Counted from the stretch's first letter, positions 43,542-54,218 are shown. The stretch: 64,000 bases of DNA from an uncultured Verrucomicrobiota bacterium (GCA_903930345.1 CAIYYI010000096.1:6407-70406), one strand, 5' to 3'. Made by a program: numbers and translations. Notes: generated from the sequence alone by a model not told the origin.

Positions 43542-44432
43542 ATGTACAAAATCATTGGCGCGGATCGCAAAGAATACGGGCCGTTTCCCGTGGAAACCCT
43601 GCGACAGTACATCGCGGAGAACCGGTTGAACGGCCAGACGTTGGTCCAGGCGGAAGGCGCGGTTGGCTGGCAGCCGCTGGCCGCCGTTCCGGAGTTGGCG
43701 GCCTTGTTGCCCCCGGCCGGTGCAGCAGCGTCGTCGTCCCCCATCCTCCCGCCTCCCCCGGCGATGGCCACGCCCTTGCCTGAGCCGTCCCCCGTGGCCC
43801 CAGCCTTTTCCACGCCGCCGGCCACCTATATGATGATCGGGGGGGACAAGGCGGAATATGGTCCATTTACCGTCGAACAGATACGGCAGTACATCCGGGA
43901 AGGGCGGCTGGCCCCCAGCTCCCTGGTTCGGCTGGCTGCGGGTGGCGAGTGGAAGCCTCTGGTGGCCTTCCCGGAATTGGCCGCCTTGCTGGGCGGCCCC
44001 GGGCCGCAATTGTTATCCGGTCTCGATCCGGAATCTGCCCGCAAAGCTGCCATGCAGGAAGTCTCCGCACCGGCCATCGGCCTGATTGTGACGGGCATAC
44101 TGGGTGGCGTTGTGGCGCTGAGCAGCCCGTTTCTGAACCGTTTTTTCATCGAGATCATCCATCAGTCCGGCAACGCGGAGATGAATCGCATGTTTCAGAA
44201 CATTTCCACGGGCAGCGGTATTCTTTCCGCCCTGATCGCGGGTGCCCTGTCCGTCCTCATCCTGGTGGGAGGATTGCGGATGAGACAGCTTCAGAGCCTG
44301 GGCCTGGTGCGGGTGGCGGCGGTTCTGGCGCTGATCCCCTGCATTTCACCCTGCTGCCTGGTGGGGCTTCCCATCGGTATTTGGGTGCTGGTGGTGCTGA
44401 ACAAGCCGATGATTCAATCCCAGTTCAAATAA
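43542..44432 (+). CDS. Membrane protein with two N-terminal GYF_2 (DUF4339) domains
   Basis: ATG 43542. MYKIIGADRKEYGPFPVETLRQYIAENRLNGQTLVQAEGAVGWQPLAAVPELAALL is repeated at YMMIGGDKAEYGPFTVEQIRQYIREGRLAPSSLVRLAAGGEWKPLVAFPELAALL. Three to four TM segments follow, ending IPCISPCCLVGLPIGIWVLVVLNKP. Confidence 0.7.
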   Translation: MYKIIGADRKEYGPFPVETLRQYIAENRLNGQTLVQAEGAVGWQPLAAVPELAALLPPAGAAASSSPILPPPPAMATPLPEPSPVAPAFSTPPATYMMIGGDKAEYGPFTVEQIRQYIREGRLAPSSLVRLAAGGEWKPLVAFPELAALLGGPGPQLLSGLDPESARKAAMQEVSAPAIGLIVTGILGGVVALSSPFLNRFFIEIIHQSGNAEMNRMFQNISTGSGILSALIAGALSVLILVGGLRMRQLQSLGLVRVAAVLALIPCISPCCLVGLPIGIWVLVVLNKPMIQSQFK

Positions 44433-44436
44433 TCCC

Positions 44437-44844
44437 ATGCCTCCGCGCCTATCCACTGCCTGGTATCGCCGACCGCTCGCATGGGTGCTCGTGAGTGGGG
44501 TGCTGCTGGTGTTGGGGGCTTACTATTGGCTGGATCCGGCCCAGTACCGGATTTTTCCAATTTGTCTTTTGCATCACTACACCGGCTTGCAATGTCCGGG
44601 CTGCGGTGGCCAGCGGGCGGTTCACCAGTTGCTGCACGGCGATCTGCTGGCGGCCTGGCACCAGAACGCCTTGCTGGTGCTGGCCCTGCCGGTCGTCCTT
44701 TGGCTGGGTTTGCGACAGGCGGCCCTGCGCTGGGCGGGTTGGCAATGGCCGGTGGTCTTCAACCGTCCGGGTTGGTGGTGGATTTTTGCAGTTTTAACGG
44801 TGGGTTATGGACTGGTTCGCAATCTACCCCAGACGGGCGGATAA
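44437..44844 (+). CDS. DUF2752-like small membrane protein
   Basis: 135 aa. IFPICLLHHYTGLQCPGCGGQRAVHQLLHGDLLAAWHQNAL has the C-P-x-C-G motif after the first TM that is characteristic of DUF2752. It starts 4 nt after the preceding gene. Confidence 0.65.
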   Translation: MPPRLSTAWYRRPLAWVLVSGVLLVLGAYYWLDPAQYRIFPICLLHHYTGLQCPGCGGQRAVHQLLHGDLLAAWHQNALLVLALPVVLWLGLRQAALRWAGWQWPVVFNRPGWWWIFAVLTVGYGLVRNLPQTGG

Positions 44845-44886
44845 ACCGACCTTGAATCCTCAAACCTGCCGCAACCACATGCAGCC

Positions 44887-45735
44887 ATGAACTACCGCAT
44901 CATCGGGGCCGATCAACGGATTTACGGGCCTGCCTCCGCCGAACAGATGGAGCAATGGATCAGGGAGGGGCGAGCGAATGCCGGCACCCTGGTGCAGGGG
45001 GACGGCGTGATTGATTGGAAGCCGGTCGGCCAATGGCCGGAGTTTGCCGACGCTTTGCGCAGCCATGCCAGCCTGCCCCCTCCGCGTCTTGGAGGCACCC
45101 CGCTCATGGCCGAGCAACCCCAACAAGCCGCCCAGGCCATCCTCAACCGGGGCTTCAGTGTCGATATCGGGCGTTATCTGGGGCGGGGTTGGGATCTGGT
45201 CTGCCGTGATTTCTGGCCTATCATCGGGGTCAACGCCCTGGTTCAATTGGTGTTGTTCGCCACGAACATGGTGACGCTCGGCATCGTCCTGACCGGCCCG
45301 TTGCTGGGCGGGTTGTACTATTATCACCTGCTGCGGGTGCGCGGTCAGACGCCGGTGTTGGAGGATGCCTTCTGCGGCTTCAACCGGGCCTTCCTGCATC
45401 TTTTCCTGGCCCAGTTGGTCATGACCCTGCTGGTGGCCATCGGCCTGATTTGCTGCGTGCTGCCCGGCATTTACATCGCGGTCTGCTGGATGTTCGCGCT
45501 GCTGTTGGTCGTGGACCGCCAGATCGATTTCTGGAGCGCCATGGATATCAGCCGGCGCGTGGTGGCGGAGCACTGGATCAGCTTTTTCCTGCTGGCCCTG
45601 GTCAATCTGTTGCTGGTTTGTGTGGGTGGTCTGGTTTGCTGCGTCGGCCAATTGGTGGCCGTGCCGGTGACCATGTGCGCCCTGGCGGTTGCCTATGATG
45701 AAATTTTCAATGGAGTCCCCGTCCACGCCGCTTAG
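44887..45735 (+). CDS. GYF_2 domain protein fused to a polytopic (DUF975/GPDPase_memb-like) membrane domain
   Basis: MNYRIIGADQRIYGPASAEQMEQWIREGRANAGTLVQGDGVIDWKPVGQWPEFADAL, then 5-6 TM segments (GRGWDLVCRDFWPIIGVNALVQLVLF...LPGIYIAVCWMFALLLVVD...). Confidence 0.7.
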   Translation: MNYRIIGADQRIYGPASAEQMEQWIREGRANAGTLVQGDGVIDWKPVGQWPEFADALRSHASLPPPRLGGTPLMAEQPQQAAQAILNRGFSVDIGRYLGRGWDLVCRDFWPIIGVNALVQLVLFATNMVTLGIVLTGPLLGGLYYYHLLRVRGQTPVLEDAFCGFNRAFLHLFLAQLVMTLLVAIGLICCVLPGIYIAVCWMFALLLVVDRQIDFWSAMDISRRVVAEHWISFFLLALVNLLLVCVGGLVCCVGQLVAVPVTMCALAVAYDEIFNGVPVHAA

Positions 45736-46075
45736 TCAAACCCGGGTCTGGACCTGTGCGCTGACCAATGTGCTGCTGTGTCCCGGCCTGGGGACCATCA
45801 TGGCCCGGCGTCGGGTTGGGTATTTCCAACTGGGTCTGGCCATCGGTGGTTTCCTGATGACCCTCCTGGGTCTGGTTGGTTATATTGTTGATTTTCTGCG
45901 CACCCTGGAGACGCCGGCCCTGGGTGGCCGTCCTTTTTGGGTGGGGGCAGGGGGCATGGGGATTTTTGTGCTGGCGTGGCTGTGGTCCGCCATCAGCAGC
46001 GTGCAACTGCTGCTGGTCAAACCGCCGCTCGAGGAAATTCCCCCGGATTATGGGAAACCGCCGATCCTTTCCTGA
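45710..46075 (+). CDS. Small membrane protein (3 predicted TM segments), unknown function
   Basis: Track ORF from TTG 45689, with ATGs at 45695, 45698 and 45710. It overlaps the end of the preceding gene. Hydrophobic segments: WTCALTNVLLCPGLG, YFQLGLAIGGFLMTLLGLVGYIV, GAGGMGIFVLAWLWSAI. No recognisable family. Confidence 0.45.
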   Translation: MESPSTPLSQTRVWTCALTNVLLCPGLGTIMARRRVGYFQLGLAIGGFLMTLLGLVGYIVDFLRTLETPALGGRPFWVGAGGMGIFVLAWLWSAISSVQLLLVKPPLEEIPPDYGKPPILS

Positions 46076-46178
46076 GCTGCGGGTTGGCGCGTGACTGGGG
46101 CATCCGGATGTGGCAGGGTGTCAGGCATGGCATGAGCTTGCACCCCGAACCATTTAAACCCAGGCGCGACTTCCAGGG

Positions 46179-47399
46179 ATGATCATGGATTGGAAAAAGG
46201 CCCAGGAAACCGCGCGCGCGGTGTTCAAGCGGCATTTCGGCTACCAGGCGGCCTTTGCCGCCCACGCCCCCACGCGTTTGGAATTGCTGGGCAACCACGG
46301 GGAGTTTCACCAGGGCATCGTCCTCTCCCTAGCCATCAACCAATATGTGGCGCTCGCGGTGGCTCCCCGCACGGATGGCCGGGTGGTGTTGGTGCGCGAG
46401 GGGGATCCCAAACCGCACGAGTTTTGGATCAGCGAACTCGCCGCCCATCCCGCCGCCCCGTGGGCGGATGTCTGCAAGGGGGTGCTGCAGGAACTGCGCC
46501 GCAACGGGGTTTATTTCGGCGGCTTCAATGCCGGAATCGGCGGGTTGGAGCTGGTGGCACGTTTCGGGCGGGAGGCCGCCACCACGGCTGTTGCCGCCGC
46601 GCTGGCGGTGCGCAAGTTGTATCCCTTCCGTGTGACTGAATTCGGCGCTCTCAGCCGCCCACCCATTCGGGATCGCCGGGGGGAATTGGCGCCGCTCACC
46701 CGTCCAGAAAAACTGGCCCTCGCCAAACTTTGCCAGCGTGCCATCACCCGTTTCCTGCACCGCTCCTGCTCCTTCATGGAGCCGGCGGCGCTGCTCTTCA
46801 GCAAGGCATTTCACGCCACTCTGGTGGATTGCCGACTGGAGTCGGTGGCCATTCTGCCGTTGATCGGGGAGGTGGTCCTGGTGCTCTGCCCGGTGGCAGA
46901 CCCGGTTCCGGCCACGGATTTGCGGTTGGCGCAGATGTACCGGGATTGTCACCAGGCGGCCCGCAAGCTGGGCACCTCCTCGCTTCGCTCGGTGGAAATC
47001 CGGTCGCTCAGCCAAAAGCGGGCCAATCTGACTGAGGCTGAATACCGTCGCGCCTACCATGTGATCGGGGATTTGCAGCGGGCGATCTTTGCGGAGGCTG
47101 CGTTGCGGGAGGGGGATTTCATCCAACTGGGGCAATACCTGTATCAGAGCCATGCAAGTTCACGCGAACATGGCGGCAACAGCTCCGCTGGCCTGGATTT
47201 GCTGGTCAGCCTGGCGCAGGAGCATCCGGCCTGTCTCGGTGCCCGCCTGACCGGACCCGGTTTTGGGGGTGGCACCGTCAATTTGGTCAACCGCAATCAC
47301 TATGAGGATTTCATCGTCACCCTGCAGGCGCGTTATCTGGCGTCCACCGGTCGGCCGCTGAATCCGCTGGTTGGGGTGGTGGTGGATGGGGCGCGGTAA
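46179..47399 (+). CDS. Galactokinase-like GHMP-superfamily protein with degenerate ATP motif
   Basis: AHAPTRLELLGNHGEFHQGIVLSLAI aligns with GalK motif I (APGRVNLIGEHTDY..G.VLP.AI). GPGFGGGTVNLV aligns with motif III. The motif II region reads GIGGLELVARFGREAATTAVAAA instead of P-x-G-S-G-L-S-S-S-A. Confidence 0.65.
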   Translation: MIMDWKKAQETARAVFKRHFGYQAAFAAHAPTRLELLGNHGEFHQGIVLSLAINQYVALAVAPRTDGRVVLVREGDPKPHEFWISELAAHPAAPWADVCKGVLQELRRNGVYFGGFNAGIGGLELVARFGREAATTAVAAALAVRKLYPFRVTEFGALSRPPIRDRRGELAPLTRPEKLALAKLCQRAITRFLHRSCSFMEPAALLFSKAFHATLVDCRLESVAILPLIGEVVLVLCPVADPVPATDLRLAQMYRDCHQAARKLGTSSLRSVEIRSLSQKRANLTEAEYRRAYHVIGDLQRAIFAEAALREGDFIQLGQYLYQSHASSREHGGNSSAGLDLLVSLAQEHPACLGARLTGPGFGGGTVNLVNRNHYEDFIVTLQARYLASTGRPLNPLVGVVVDGAR

Positions 47400-47469
47400 C
47401 CGTCCCGTTAAAGGGGGTGTCCTGTTAAAGTGGGTTGCCCCGGACCGGCGTTTTGGCTATCATGGGGCT

Positions 47470-47805
47470 ATGAGTCGCAAGCAGGAAATCTACAAAGAAA
47501 TGCTGCGTTGGGGTTTGCCGCACATCCGGGATGTCCAAGCCAAAGGCACCCTGGCTCGGCTCGGCGACCGGTCCTGCCTGCTGGAGGCCCAACTGCTGCA
47601 CTCTCTGCCGGACTCCATCCTGCTGTCCGAGTTCACGGACAACGACCTCTGGTTTTTGAATCACCATGCGCGGGATTACCTGCAACAGTGTTCACCGCAG
47701 ATTTCCCGCAATTACCCCTACCACCTCCAATTGATCCGGGAACTGTTCACCCTCGTCCCCGAGGCCCAAAGGGGAGCCCTGAAATGGGCTGGTCCGGCGG
47801 CATGA
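47470..47805 (+). CDS. Hypothetical protein (111 aa)
   Basis: ATG 47470 inside the longer track ORF 47371..47805. MSRKQEIYKEMLRWGLPHIRDV... has no recognisable motif. It is called only on ORF length, co-orientation and position between two genes. Confidence 0.4.
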   Translation: MSRKQEIYKEMLRWGLPHIRDVQAKGTLARLGDRSCLLEAQLLHSLPDSILLSEFTDNDLWFLNHHARDYLQQCSPQISRNYPYHLQLIRELFTLVPEAQRGALKWAGPAA

Positions 47806-47874
47806 ATTCCAACCTACATATCTTCGCATCAAGATGTCTTGATTTGTTCATGGATTGGTGTACTTTACCTGCCT

Positions 47875-50800
47875 ATGGCTTTGGTTAAAACAGCTAGTCG
47901 GACGGATTTGCTATTACAGACGTTGCGTGAGCGCATTGTGGTGCTGGATGGCGCCATGGGTACCATGATTCAGACCTACGGGCTGGATGAGGCGGCCTAT
48001 CGCGGCGAACGCTTTCGGGATTGGGGGCGCGACCTGAAGGGCAACAACGACTTGCTCAGTCTCACGCAGCCCCAGATCGTCCAGGCCATTCACCGGCAGT
48101 ACCTGGCGGCCGGGGCCGACATTCTGGAGACGAACACCTTCAATTGCACCGTGATTTCCATGGCCGATTACGGGCTGGAGACCCTGGCGTACGAATTGAA
48201 CGTGGCCGGGGCGCGGCAGGCGCGGGCGGCGGTGACGGCCTTTGAGCTGGAAAATCCGGGACGCACCTGTTTTGTGGCCGGTGCCCTGGGGCCGACCAAC
48301 AAGACCGCCTCCCTCTCGCCTGATGTGCAGAATCCGGCCTTCCGGGCGGTGACCTTTGAACAGTTGGTGGCCGCCTATCAGGAGCAGACCCGGGGGCTGA
48401 TGGAGGGGGGTGTTGATCTCCTTCTGGTGGAAACGATCTTTGACACCCTCAATGCCAAAGCAGCGCTGTTTGCCATCGAGCAGGAATTTGAGGCGGCGGG
48501 GCGCCGTTTGCCGGTCATGATTTCGTTCACCATCACAGACCGCAGCGGGCGCACCCTTTCAGGCCAGACCGTGGAAGCCTTCTGCAACTCCATCGCGCAT
48601 GTGCCCGTGCTGAGCCTCGGCATCAACTGCGCCCTGGGACCGAAGCAGATGCGGCCCTATTTGGAGGAGCTTTCCGGGCTGACTTCGGCCCACGTGAGCT
48701 GCTATCCCAACGCGGGCCTGCCCAATGCCTTTGGCGGTTTTGACGAGTCGCCCGAGGAGATGGCCCGGGAGCTGCGTGACTTTGCCAGCGAGGGGTGGCT
48801 GAATATTGTGGGCGGCTGTTGCGGGTCCACGCCCGATCATATCCGGGCCATTGCCGAAGCGGTCCGGGACCTGCCGCCGCGCATGCCGGCGGTCATCACC
48901 CCCACGCTGCGCCTGAGCGGGTTGGAGCCATTGACGTTCCGGCCCGAGACGAATTTCGTGAACGTGGGCGAGCGCACCAACGTCACCGGATCCCCCAAAT
49001 TTGCCAAGCTCATCCTGAACGGCAAGTTTGAGGAGGCGGTGGCGGTCGCGCGGCAGCAGGTTGAGAATGGCGCGCAGATCATTGATGTGAACTTGGACGA
49101 GGGGATGCTCGATTCGGAAAAGGCCATGGTCCATTTCCTGAACCTGCTTGGCTCGGAGCCGGAGATTGCCCGGGTTCCCCTGATGATTGATTCCTCCAAG
49201 TGGTCGGTGCTGGAGGCGGGTCTGCAATGCCTGCAAGGCAAGGGGGTGGTGAACTCCATCAGCCTGAAGGAGGGCGAGGAGAAATTCCTGCAGCAGGCGC
49301 GCACCGTGCACCGGTACGGCGCGGCCGTGGTGGTGATGGCCTTTGACGAGCAGGGGCAGGCCGACACCTTCGAGCGGAAAATCCAGATCTGCCAGCGCTG
49401 CTACAACCTGCTCACGCAAAAGGCGGGTTTTCCGCCGGAAGACATCATTTTCGACCCCAATGTGCTGACCGTGGGGACGGGCATCGAGGAGCACAACGGA
49501 TACGGTGTGGCGTTCATTGAAACGGCCCGCTGGATCAAGCAGAACCTTCCCCATGCCCGGGTGAGCGGCGGCATCAGCAATGTTTCGTTCAGCTTCCGCG
49601 GGAACAACGCGGTGCGGGAGGCCATGCATAGCGCCTTCCTGTTCCACGCCATCAAGGCGGGTTTGGACATGGGCATCGTGAATCCCGGCCTCCTGGCGGT
49701 GTACGAGGAGATTCCTCCCGACCTGCGGGATCTGGTGGAGGACGTGCTGCTCAACCGCCGTCCGGACGCCACCGAGCGGCTCATCAAATTTGCGGAATCC
49801 GTCAAACAGCAGCAGAAGACCGAGGTGGCGGTGGATGCCTGGCGGCAGGGCGATGTGCAGGAGCGTCTCACGCATTCGCTGGTCAAGGGCGTGGTGGATT
49901 TCATCGACACCGACGTGGAAGAGGCCCGGCTCAAATTCAGCAAGCCGCTGGAGGTCATTGAGGGGCCATTGATGGCGGGCATGAACGTGGTGGGCGACCT
50001 GTTCGGCAGCGGCAAGATGTTTCTGCCGCAGGTGGTCAAGTCCGCCCGGGTCATGAAGAAGGCGGTCTCGTTCCTCATGCCCTACCTGGAGGCGGAAAAG
50101 AAAAGCACGGACCGCGCCCGGGGCCGGATTCTGCTCGCCACCGTCAAGGGGGATGTGCATGACATCGGCAAGAACATTGTCGGCGTGGTGCTGGCCTGCA
50201 ACAACTACGATGTGATTGATCTGGGCGTCATGGTCTCCTGCGACAAAATCCTGGAGGCGGCGCGGGAACACCAGGTGGATATCGTTGGCTTGAGCGGCCT
50301 GATCACCCCGTCGCTTGATGAGATGGTGCATGTGGCCCGGGAGATGGAGCGGCAGGGCTTCAAGGTGCCCTTGCTCATCGGCGGGGCCACCACCAGCAAG
50401 GCGCACACGGCGGTGAAGATCGCCCCGGTCTATTCCGGCCCGGTGGTCCATGTGCTGGACGCCAGTCGGGCGGTGCCGGTGGTGTCGAGCCTCTTGAGCG
50501 ATGGACAGAAAGAGGCGTACGTCGCCGAAATCCGGGTGGACCAGGAGCGGCTGCGCCGACAGCATGCGGGTTCGGCAGTGGCGTTGTTGCCATTGGCCGA
50601 GGCGCGCCGCCGCGCCCCGTTGTATTCGGCGGAGTCAACGCCGCCCGCCCGCCCGGAGTTTCTGGGCATACGCCAGTTTTCCACCGAACCCCAGAGCGTG
50701 GAGCAGGTCCGGGCCGGCCAGGGGGTGCTGCCTGTGGCACTGGCCGAGATCGCCTCGCTCATTGACTGGTCGCCCTTCTTCCATACGTGGGAATTGCGCG

Positions 50801-51687
50801 GCCGTTTTCCTGCCATTCTCAATCACGAAAAATATGGGGAGCAGGCGCGCAAGTTGTTCGAGGACGCCCAAAAGATGTTGCAGGAGATCATGGATGGCAA
50901 CCTGCTGGTGGCGCGCGCGGTCTATGGCTTCTTCCCGGCCAACCGGACGGGTGAGGATGTCACGCTGTTTGCCGATGAAACCCGATCCCAGTCCGTGGCC
51001 CGGCTCCATTTTCTGCGTCAGCAGGTCGCAAAAAATCCCGGCCAGCACAATCTGTCCCTGGCTGATTTCGTCCACCCCGCGCCGACGGCGGATTACTTGG
51101 GCGCGTTTGCCGTGTCCTCCGGGTTTGGTTTGCCCGCGCTGATTGAGCGCTACCGGGCGGATCAGGATGACTACCACATCATCCTGGCGGAAGCACTGGC
51201 CGACCGACTTGCTGAGGCCTTCGCGGAATGGCTCCACCGCCGGGCGCGGCAGGAGTGGGGCTATGGAAAGTCAGAAAACCTGAGCAGCGAGCAGTTGATC
51301 AACGAGGAGTATCGCGGCATTCGTCCGGCTCCCGGTTATCCGGCCTGTCCGGATCACACGGAAAAAGGCACCCTTTGGAGGTTGCTCGACGTGGAGCAGC
51401 GGGTGGGGATGAAGCTTACGGAATCCTTTGCCATGTGGCCGGGTAGCAGCGTGAGCGGCTGGTATTTTTCCCATCCCGAGGCGAAGTATTTCGCGGTGGG
51501 CAAACTGGGCCGGGACCAGTTGCTTGACTACGCGCAGCGCAAGAACCAGCCGGTGGCAGAAGCCGAAAAATGGCTCGGCCCATGGCTTAATTACGAGCCG
51601 GCTCAGCCGGTCGCCGAACCGGTGGCAGTGGCGGCGGTGACGCCGCCACCTCCTTCAGGTGGTTGCGGATGCGGACGTTCACATTAA
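47875..51687 (+). CDS. metH: Cobalamin-dependent methionine synthase
   Basis: ATG 47875. All modules are present: Hcy-binding ([11 protein letters not shown]...[11 protein letters not shown]), pterin-binding, B12-binding with D-x-H-x-x-G ([11 protein letters not shown]), and the AdoMet activation domain ([12 protein letters not shown]). 1270 aa. Confidence 0.97.
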   Translation: MALVKTASRTDLLLQTLRERIVVLDGAMGTMIQTYGLDEAAYRGERFRDWGRDLKGNNDLLSLTQPQIVQAIHRQYLAAGADILETNTFNCTVISMADYGLETLAYELNVAGARQARAAVTAFELENPGRTCFVAGALGPTNKTASLSPDVQNPAFRAVTFEQLVAAYQEQTRGLMEGGVDLLLVETIFDTLNAKAALFAIEQEFEAAGRRLPVMISFTITDRSGRTLSGQTVEAFCNSIAHVPVLSLGINCALGPKQMRPYLEELSGLTSAHVSCYPNAGLPNAFGGFDESPEEMARELRDFASEGWLNIVGGCCGSTPDHIRAIAEAVRDLPPRMPAVITPTLRLSGLEPLTFRPETNFVNVGERTNVTGSPKFAKLILNGKFEEAVAVARQQVENGAQIIDVNLDEGMLDSEKAMVHFLNLLGSEPEIARVPLMIDSSKWSVLEAGLQCLQGKGVVNSISLKEGEEKFLQQARTVHRYGAAVVVMAFDEQGQADTFERKIQICQRCYNLLTQKAGFPPEDIIFDPNVLTVGTGIEEHNGYGVAFIETARWIKQNLPHARVSGGISNVSFSFRGNNAVREAMHSAFLFHAIKAGLDMGIVNPGLLAVYEEIPPDLRDLVEDVLLNRRPDATERLIKFAESVKQQQKTEVAVDAWRQGDVQERLTHSLVKGVVDFIDTDVEEARLKFSKPLEVIEGPLMAGMNVVGDLFGSGKMFLPQVVKSARVMKKAVSFLMPYLEAEKKSTDRARGRILLATVKGDVHDIGKNIVGVVLACNNYDVIDLGVMVSCDKILEAAREHQVDIVGLSGLITPSLDEMVHVAREMERQGFKVPLLIGGATTSKAHTAVKIAPVYSGPVVHVLDASRAVPVVSSLLSDGQKEAYVAEIRVDQERLRRQHAGSAVALLPLAEARRRAPLYSAESTPPARPEFLGIRQFSTEPQSVEQVRAGQGVLPVALAEIASLIDWSPFFHTWELRGRFPAILNHEKYGEQARKLFEDAQKMLQEIMDGNLLVARAVYGFFPANRTGEDVTLFADETRSQSVARLHFLRQQVAKNPGQHNLSLADFVHPAPTADYLGAFAVSSGFGLPALIERYRADQDDYHIILAEALADRLAEAFAEWLHRRARQEWGYGKSENLSSEQLINEEYRGIRPAPGYPACPDHTEKGTLWRLLDVEQRVGMKLTESFAMWPGSSVSGWYFSHPEAKYFAVGKLGRDQLLDYAQRKNQPVAEAEKWLGPWLNYEPAQPVAEPVAVAAVTPPPPSGGCGCGRSH

Positions 51688-51701
51688 GATCCTCTCTCCA
51701 T

Positions 51702-54218
51702 ATGAAAAAGTTGGCTGTGCTGCTGGTTGTTGGGAGCCTTTTCACCACGGTGTCCACTTGGGCACAGGGGACCCGGGCTGATTACGCTCGGGCCGCCCAA
51801 ATGCGTGAACTCATGTCCGGGAAGGTTTTCCGGGAGACAATCAAACCGGAATGGCTGGCCGGTGGCCAACAGTTCTGGTACCAGGTGCAGACCGGTTCCA
51901 ACACCCATGAGTTCATCCTCGTGGATGCCGCCCAGGCCCGTCGCCAGCCCGCCTTTGACCATGCCCGGCTGGCGTCGGCGTTGCGCCAGGCGGGGGAACG
52001 CGATGTCCAGCCTCAGCGGCTTGGTCTGGATAAACTGGAGTTTCCGGATGCCTCCCGGTTTTTCTTCCGTCGGCGGGGCATTTGGTGGTCCTGCCAGTTG
52101 CCTGCTTACACCGTGGAGCATCTTTCCCGTACCAATCCTCCCGTCATCCTGCGTTCGGCGGAGCAGCTTCCCCGGGCCAGTCGCCGCACCGGTCCCGAAA
52201 CCAGCCTTTCGTTTGTTAATCGGACGGCGGCGGAGGTGGAGTTGATCTGGCTGGATACTGAGGGCCAGCGCCAGTCCTACGGCAAGCTCAAACCCGGCGA
52301 ACAACGGCGGCAGCACACCTTTGAGGGCCATGTCTGGCTGGTGCTGGATGCCCAAGGCAAAACCCTGGCCGGGTTCGAGGCGGATGGGGAGGCCCAGGTG
52401 TTGGAGGTGGATGGAAAAGCGACGCCTGTCCCGGATAATGCTGTGCGTCCGACCGGCAACCGACGCAGCAAGCCCGGGCTTTCCCCGGATGGCCAATGGC
52501 AGACCCACGTGGAGAACTTCAATCTCCAGCTTCGCCAACTGGCCTCCAACACCTCCTTTGCCCTCACCCGGGACGGCACCGCCGAGGATGGCTATGGTGA
52601 CCGGGTGTATTGGTCCCCGGACTCCAAATATGTGGCGGCCATTCGCACCCGGAAAGGGGATGATCGCAAGGTTTACCTGGTCGAATCCTCACCCAAGGAC
52701 CAATTGCAGCCACGGCTGCACACCCTGGACTACACCAAGCCCGGCGACCGCCTGGCAGTGGACCGCCCGCAGATATTTGAGGCTTCCACCCGTCGGCTGT
52801 TGGGGTTCAAGGATGACCTGTATGCCAATCCGTTCAGCATGCAGAATTATCAGTGGGAGAAGGATTCCCGCCGGTTCACTTTTCTCTACAACCAGCGCGG
52901 GCATCAGGCGCTCCGCTGGCTGGCGTTGGATGTCGCCACCGGGGAGGTGAAACCGATTATTGAGGAGACCAGCCCCACGTTCATTGATTACAGTGGAAAA
53001 CACCTGCTGCATCCGCTGCCGGATACGGAGGAGGCCATTTGGATGTCCGAGCGCGACGGGTGGAATCACCTCTATCTTTATGACACGCGTGGCGGCCGCG
53101 TGAAGCAGCAGATCACCCGCGGCGAGTGGCTGGTGCGCGGCGTGGATTGGATCGACGAGAAAAAGCGCCAGATCTGGTTCCGGGCCGGTGGCATCCGGCC
53201 CGGCCAGGATCCGTATCACGTCCATTACGCCCGCGTCAATTTTGACGGCTCAGGCCTGGTGATCCTGACCGAGGGGGATGGTCAGCACCGGGTTCAGTTT
53301 TCCCCGGATCGCACCTGGTTCATTGACACCTGGTCGCGTGTGGATCTGCCTCCGGTCAATGAATTGCGCCGGTCCAATGACGGTGCCCTGGTCTGCAAGC
53401 TGGAGCAGGCGGATTGGTCGGCCTTGCTCAAGACCGGCTGGCTGCCGCCGGAGCGTTTTGTGGCCAAGGCCCGGGATGGGGTGACCGACATCCACGGCAT
53501 CATCATCCGGCCCCTGAACTTCAATCCCCGCAGAAAATATCCGGTCATTGAGGATATTTACGCCGGGCCGCACTCGGCCTTTGTGCCCAAGGAATTCCGT
53601 TCCTTTTACTCCTCCATGCCCCTGGCTGAACTGGGTTTTGTGATCGTCAAAATGGACGGCATGGGCACATCCCAACGCTCGAAGAAATTCCATGACGTCT
53701 GCTGGCAGAACATCGGGGACGCCGGATTCCCTGACCGCATTGCCTGGATCAAGGCCGCCGCCCGCAAATACCCGGCCCTGGACCTTCAGCGGGTGGGCAT
53801 TTATGGCGGGTCCGCCGGCGGCCAGAACTCCACCCGTGCGCTGCTCGCCCATGGTGAATTTTACAAGGTGGGGGTCTCCGATTGCGGCTGCCACGATAAC
53901 CGCATGGACAAAATCTGGTGGAACGAGCAGTGGATGGGCTGGCCCATCGGCCCGCATTATGCCGAGCAATCCAACGTCACCCAGGCGCACAAGCTCACCG
54001 GGAAACTTCTCCTGATTGTGGGGGAACTGGATCGCAACGTCGATCCGGCCTCTACGCTCCAGGTGGTCAACGCCCTGATCAAGGCGGACAAGGATTTTGA
54101 CCTCCTGGTGGTGCCTGGCGGCGGCCATGGCATTGCCGAAAGCCCCTATGGACAGCGGCGGCGCATGGATTTCTTCGTCCGCCACCTGCTGGGCGTGGAG
54201 GCTCGGTCCAAACCCTGA
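51702..54218 (+). CDS. Exported S9B dipeptidyl-peptidase IV-family serine peptidase
   Basis: ATG 51702 (MKKLAVLLVVGSLFTTVSTWAQG). N-terminal DPPIV-type propeller (VYWSPDSKYVAAIRTRKGDDRKVYLVESSP). Catalytic-triad context: GIYGGSAGGQ (Ser), VGELDRNVDP (Asp), VPGGGHGI (His). Confidence 0.85.
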   Translation: MKKLAVLLVVGSLFTTVSTWAQGTRADYARAAQMRELMSGKVFRETIKPEWLAGGQQFWYQVQTGSNTHEFILVDAAQARRQPAFDHARLASALRQAGERDVQPQRLGLDKLEFPDASRFFFRRRGIWWSCQLPAYTVEHLSRTNPPVILRSAEQLPRASRRTGPETSLSFVNRTAAEVELIWLDTEGQRQSYGKLKPGEQRRQHTFEGHVWLVLDAQGKTLAGFEADGEAQVLEVDGKATPVPDNAVRPTGNRRSKPGLSPDGQWQTHVENFNLQLRQLASNTSFALTRDGTAEDGYGDRVYWSPDSKYVAAIRTRKGDDRKVYLVESSPKDQLQPRLHTLDYTKPGDRLAVDRPQIFEASTRRLLGFKDDLYANPFSMQNYQWEKDSRRFTFLYNQRGHQALRWLALDVATGEVKPIIEETSPTFIDYSGKHLLHPLPDTEEAIWMSERDGWNHLYLYDTRGGRVKQQITRGEWLVRGVDWIDEKKRQIWFRAGGIRPGQDPYHVHYARVNFDGSGLVILTEGDGQHRVQFSPDRTWFIDTWSRVDLPPVNELRRSNDGALVCKLEQADWSALLKTGWLPPERFVAKARDGVTDIHGIIIRPLNFNPRRKYPVIEDIYAGPHSAFVPKEFRSFYSSMPLAELGFVIVKMDGMGTSQRSKKFHDVCWQNIGDAGFPDRIAWIKAAARKYPALDLQRVGIYGGSAGGQNSTRALLAHGEFYKVGVSDCGCHDNRMDKIWWNEQWMGWPIGPHYAEQSNVTQAHKLTGKLLLIVGELDRNVDPASTLQVVNALIKADKDFDLLVVPGGGHGIAESPYGQRRRMDFFVRHLLGVEARSKP

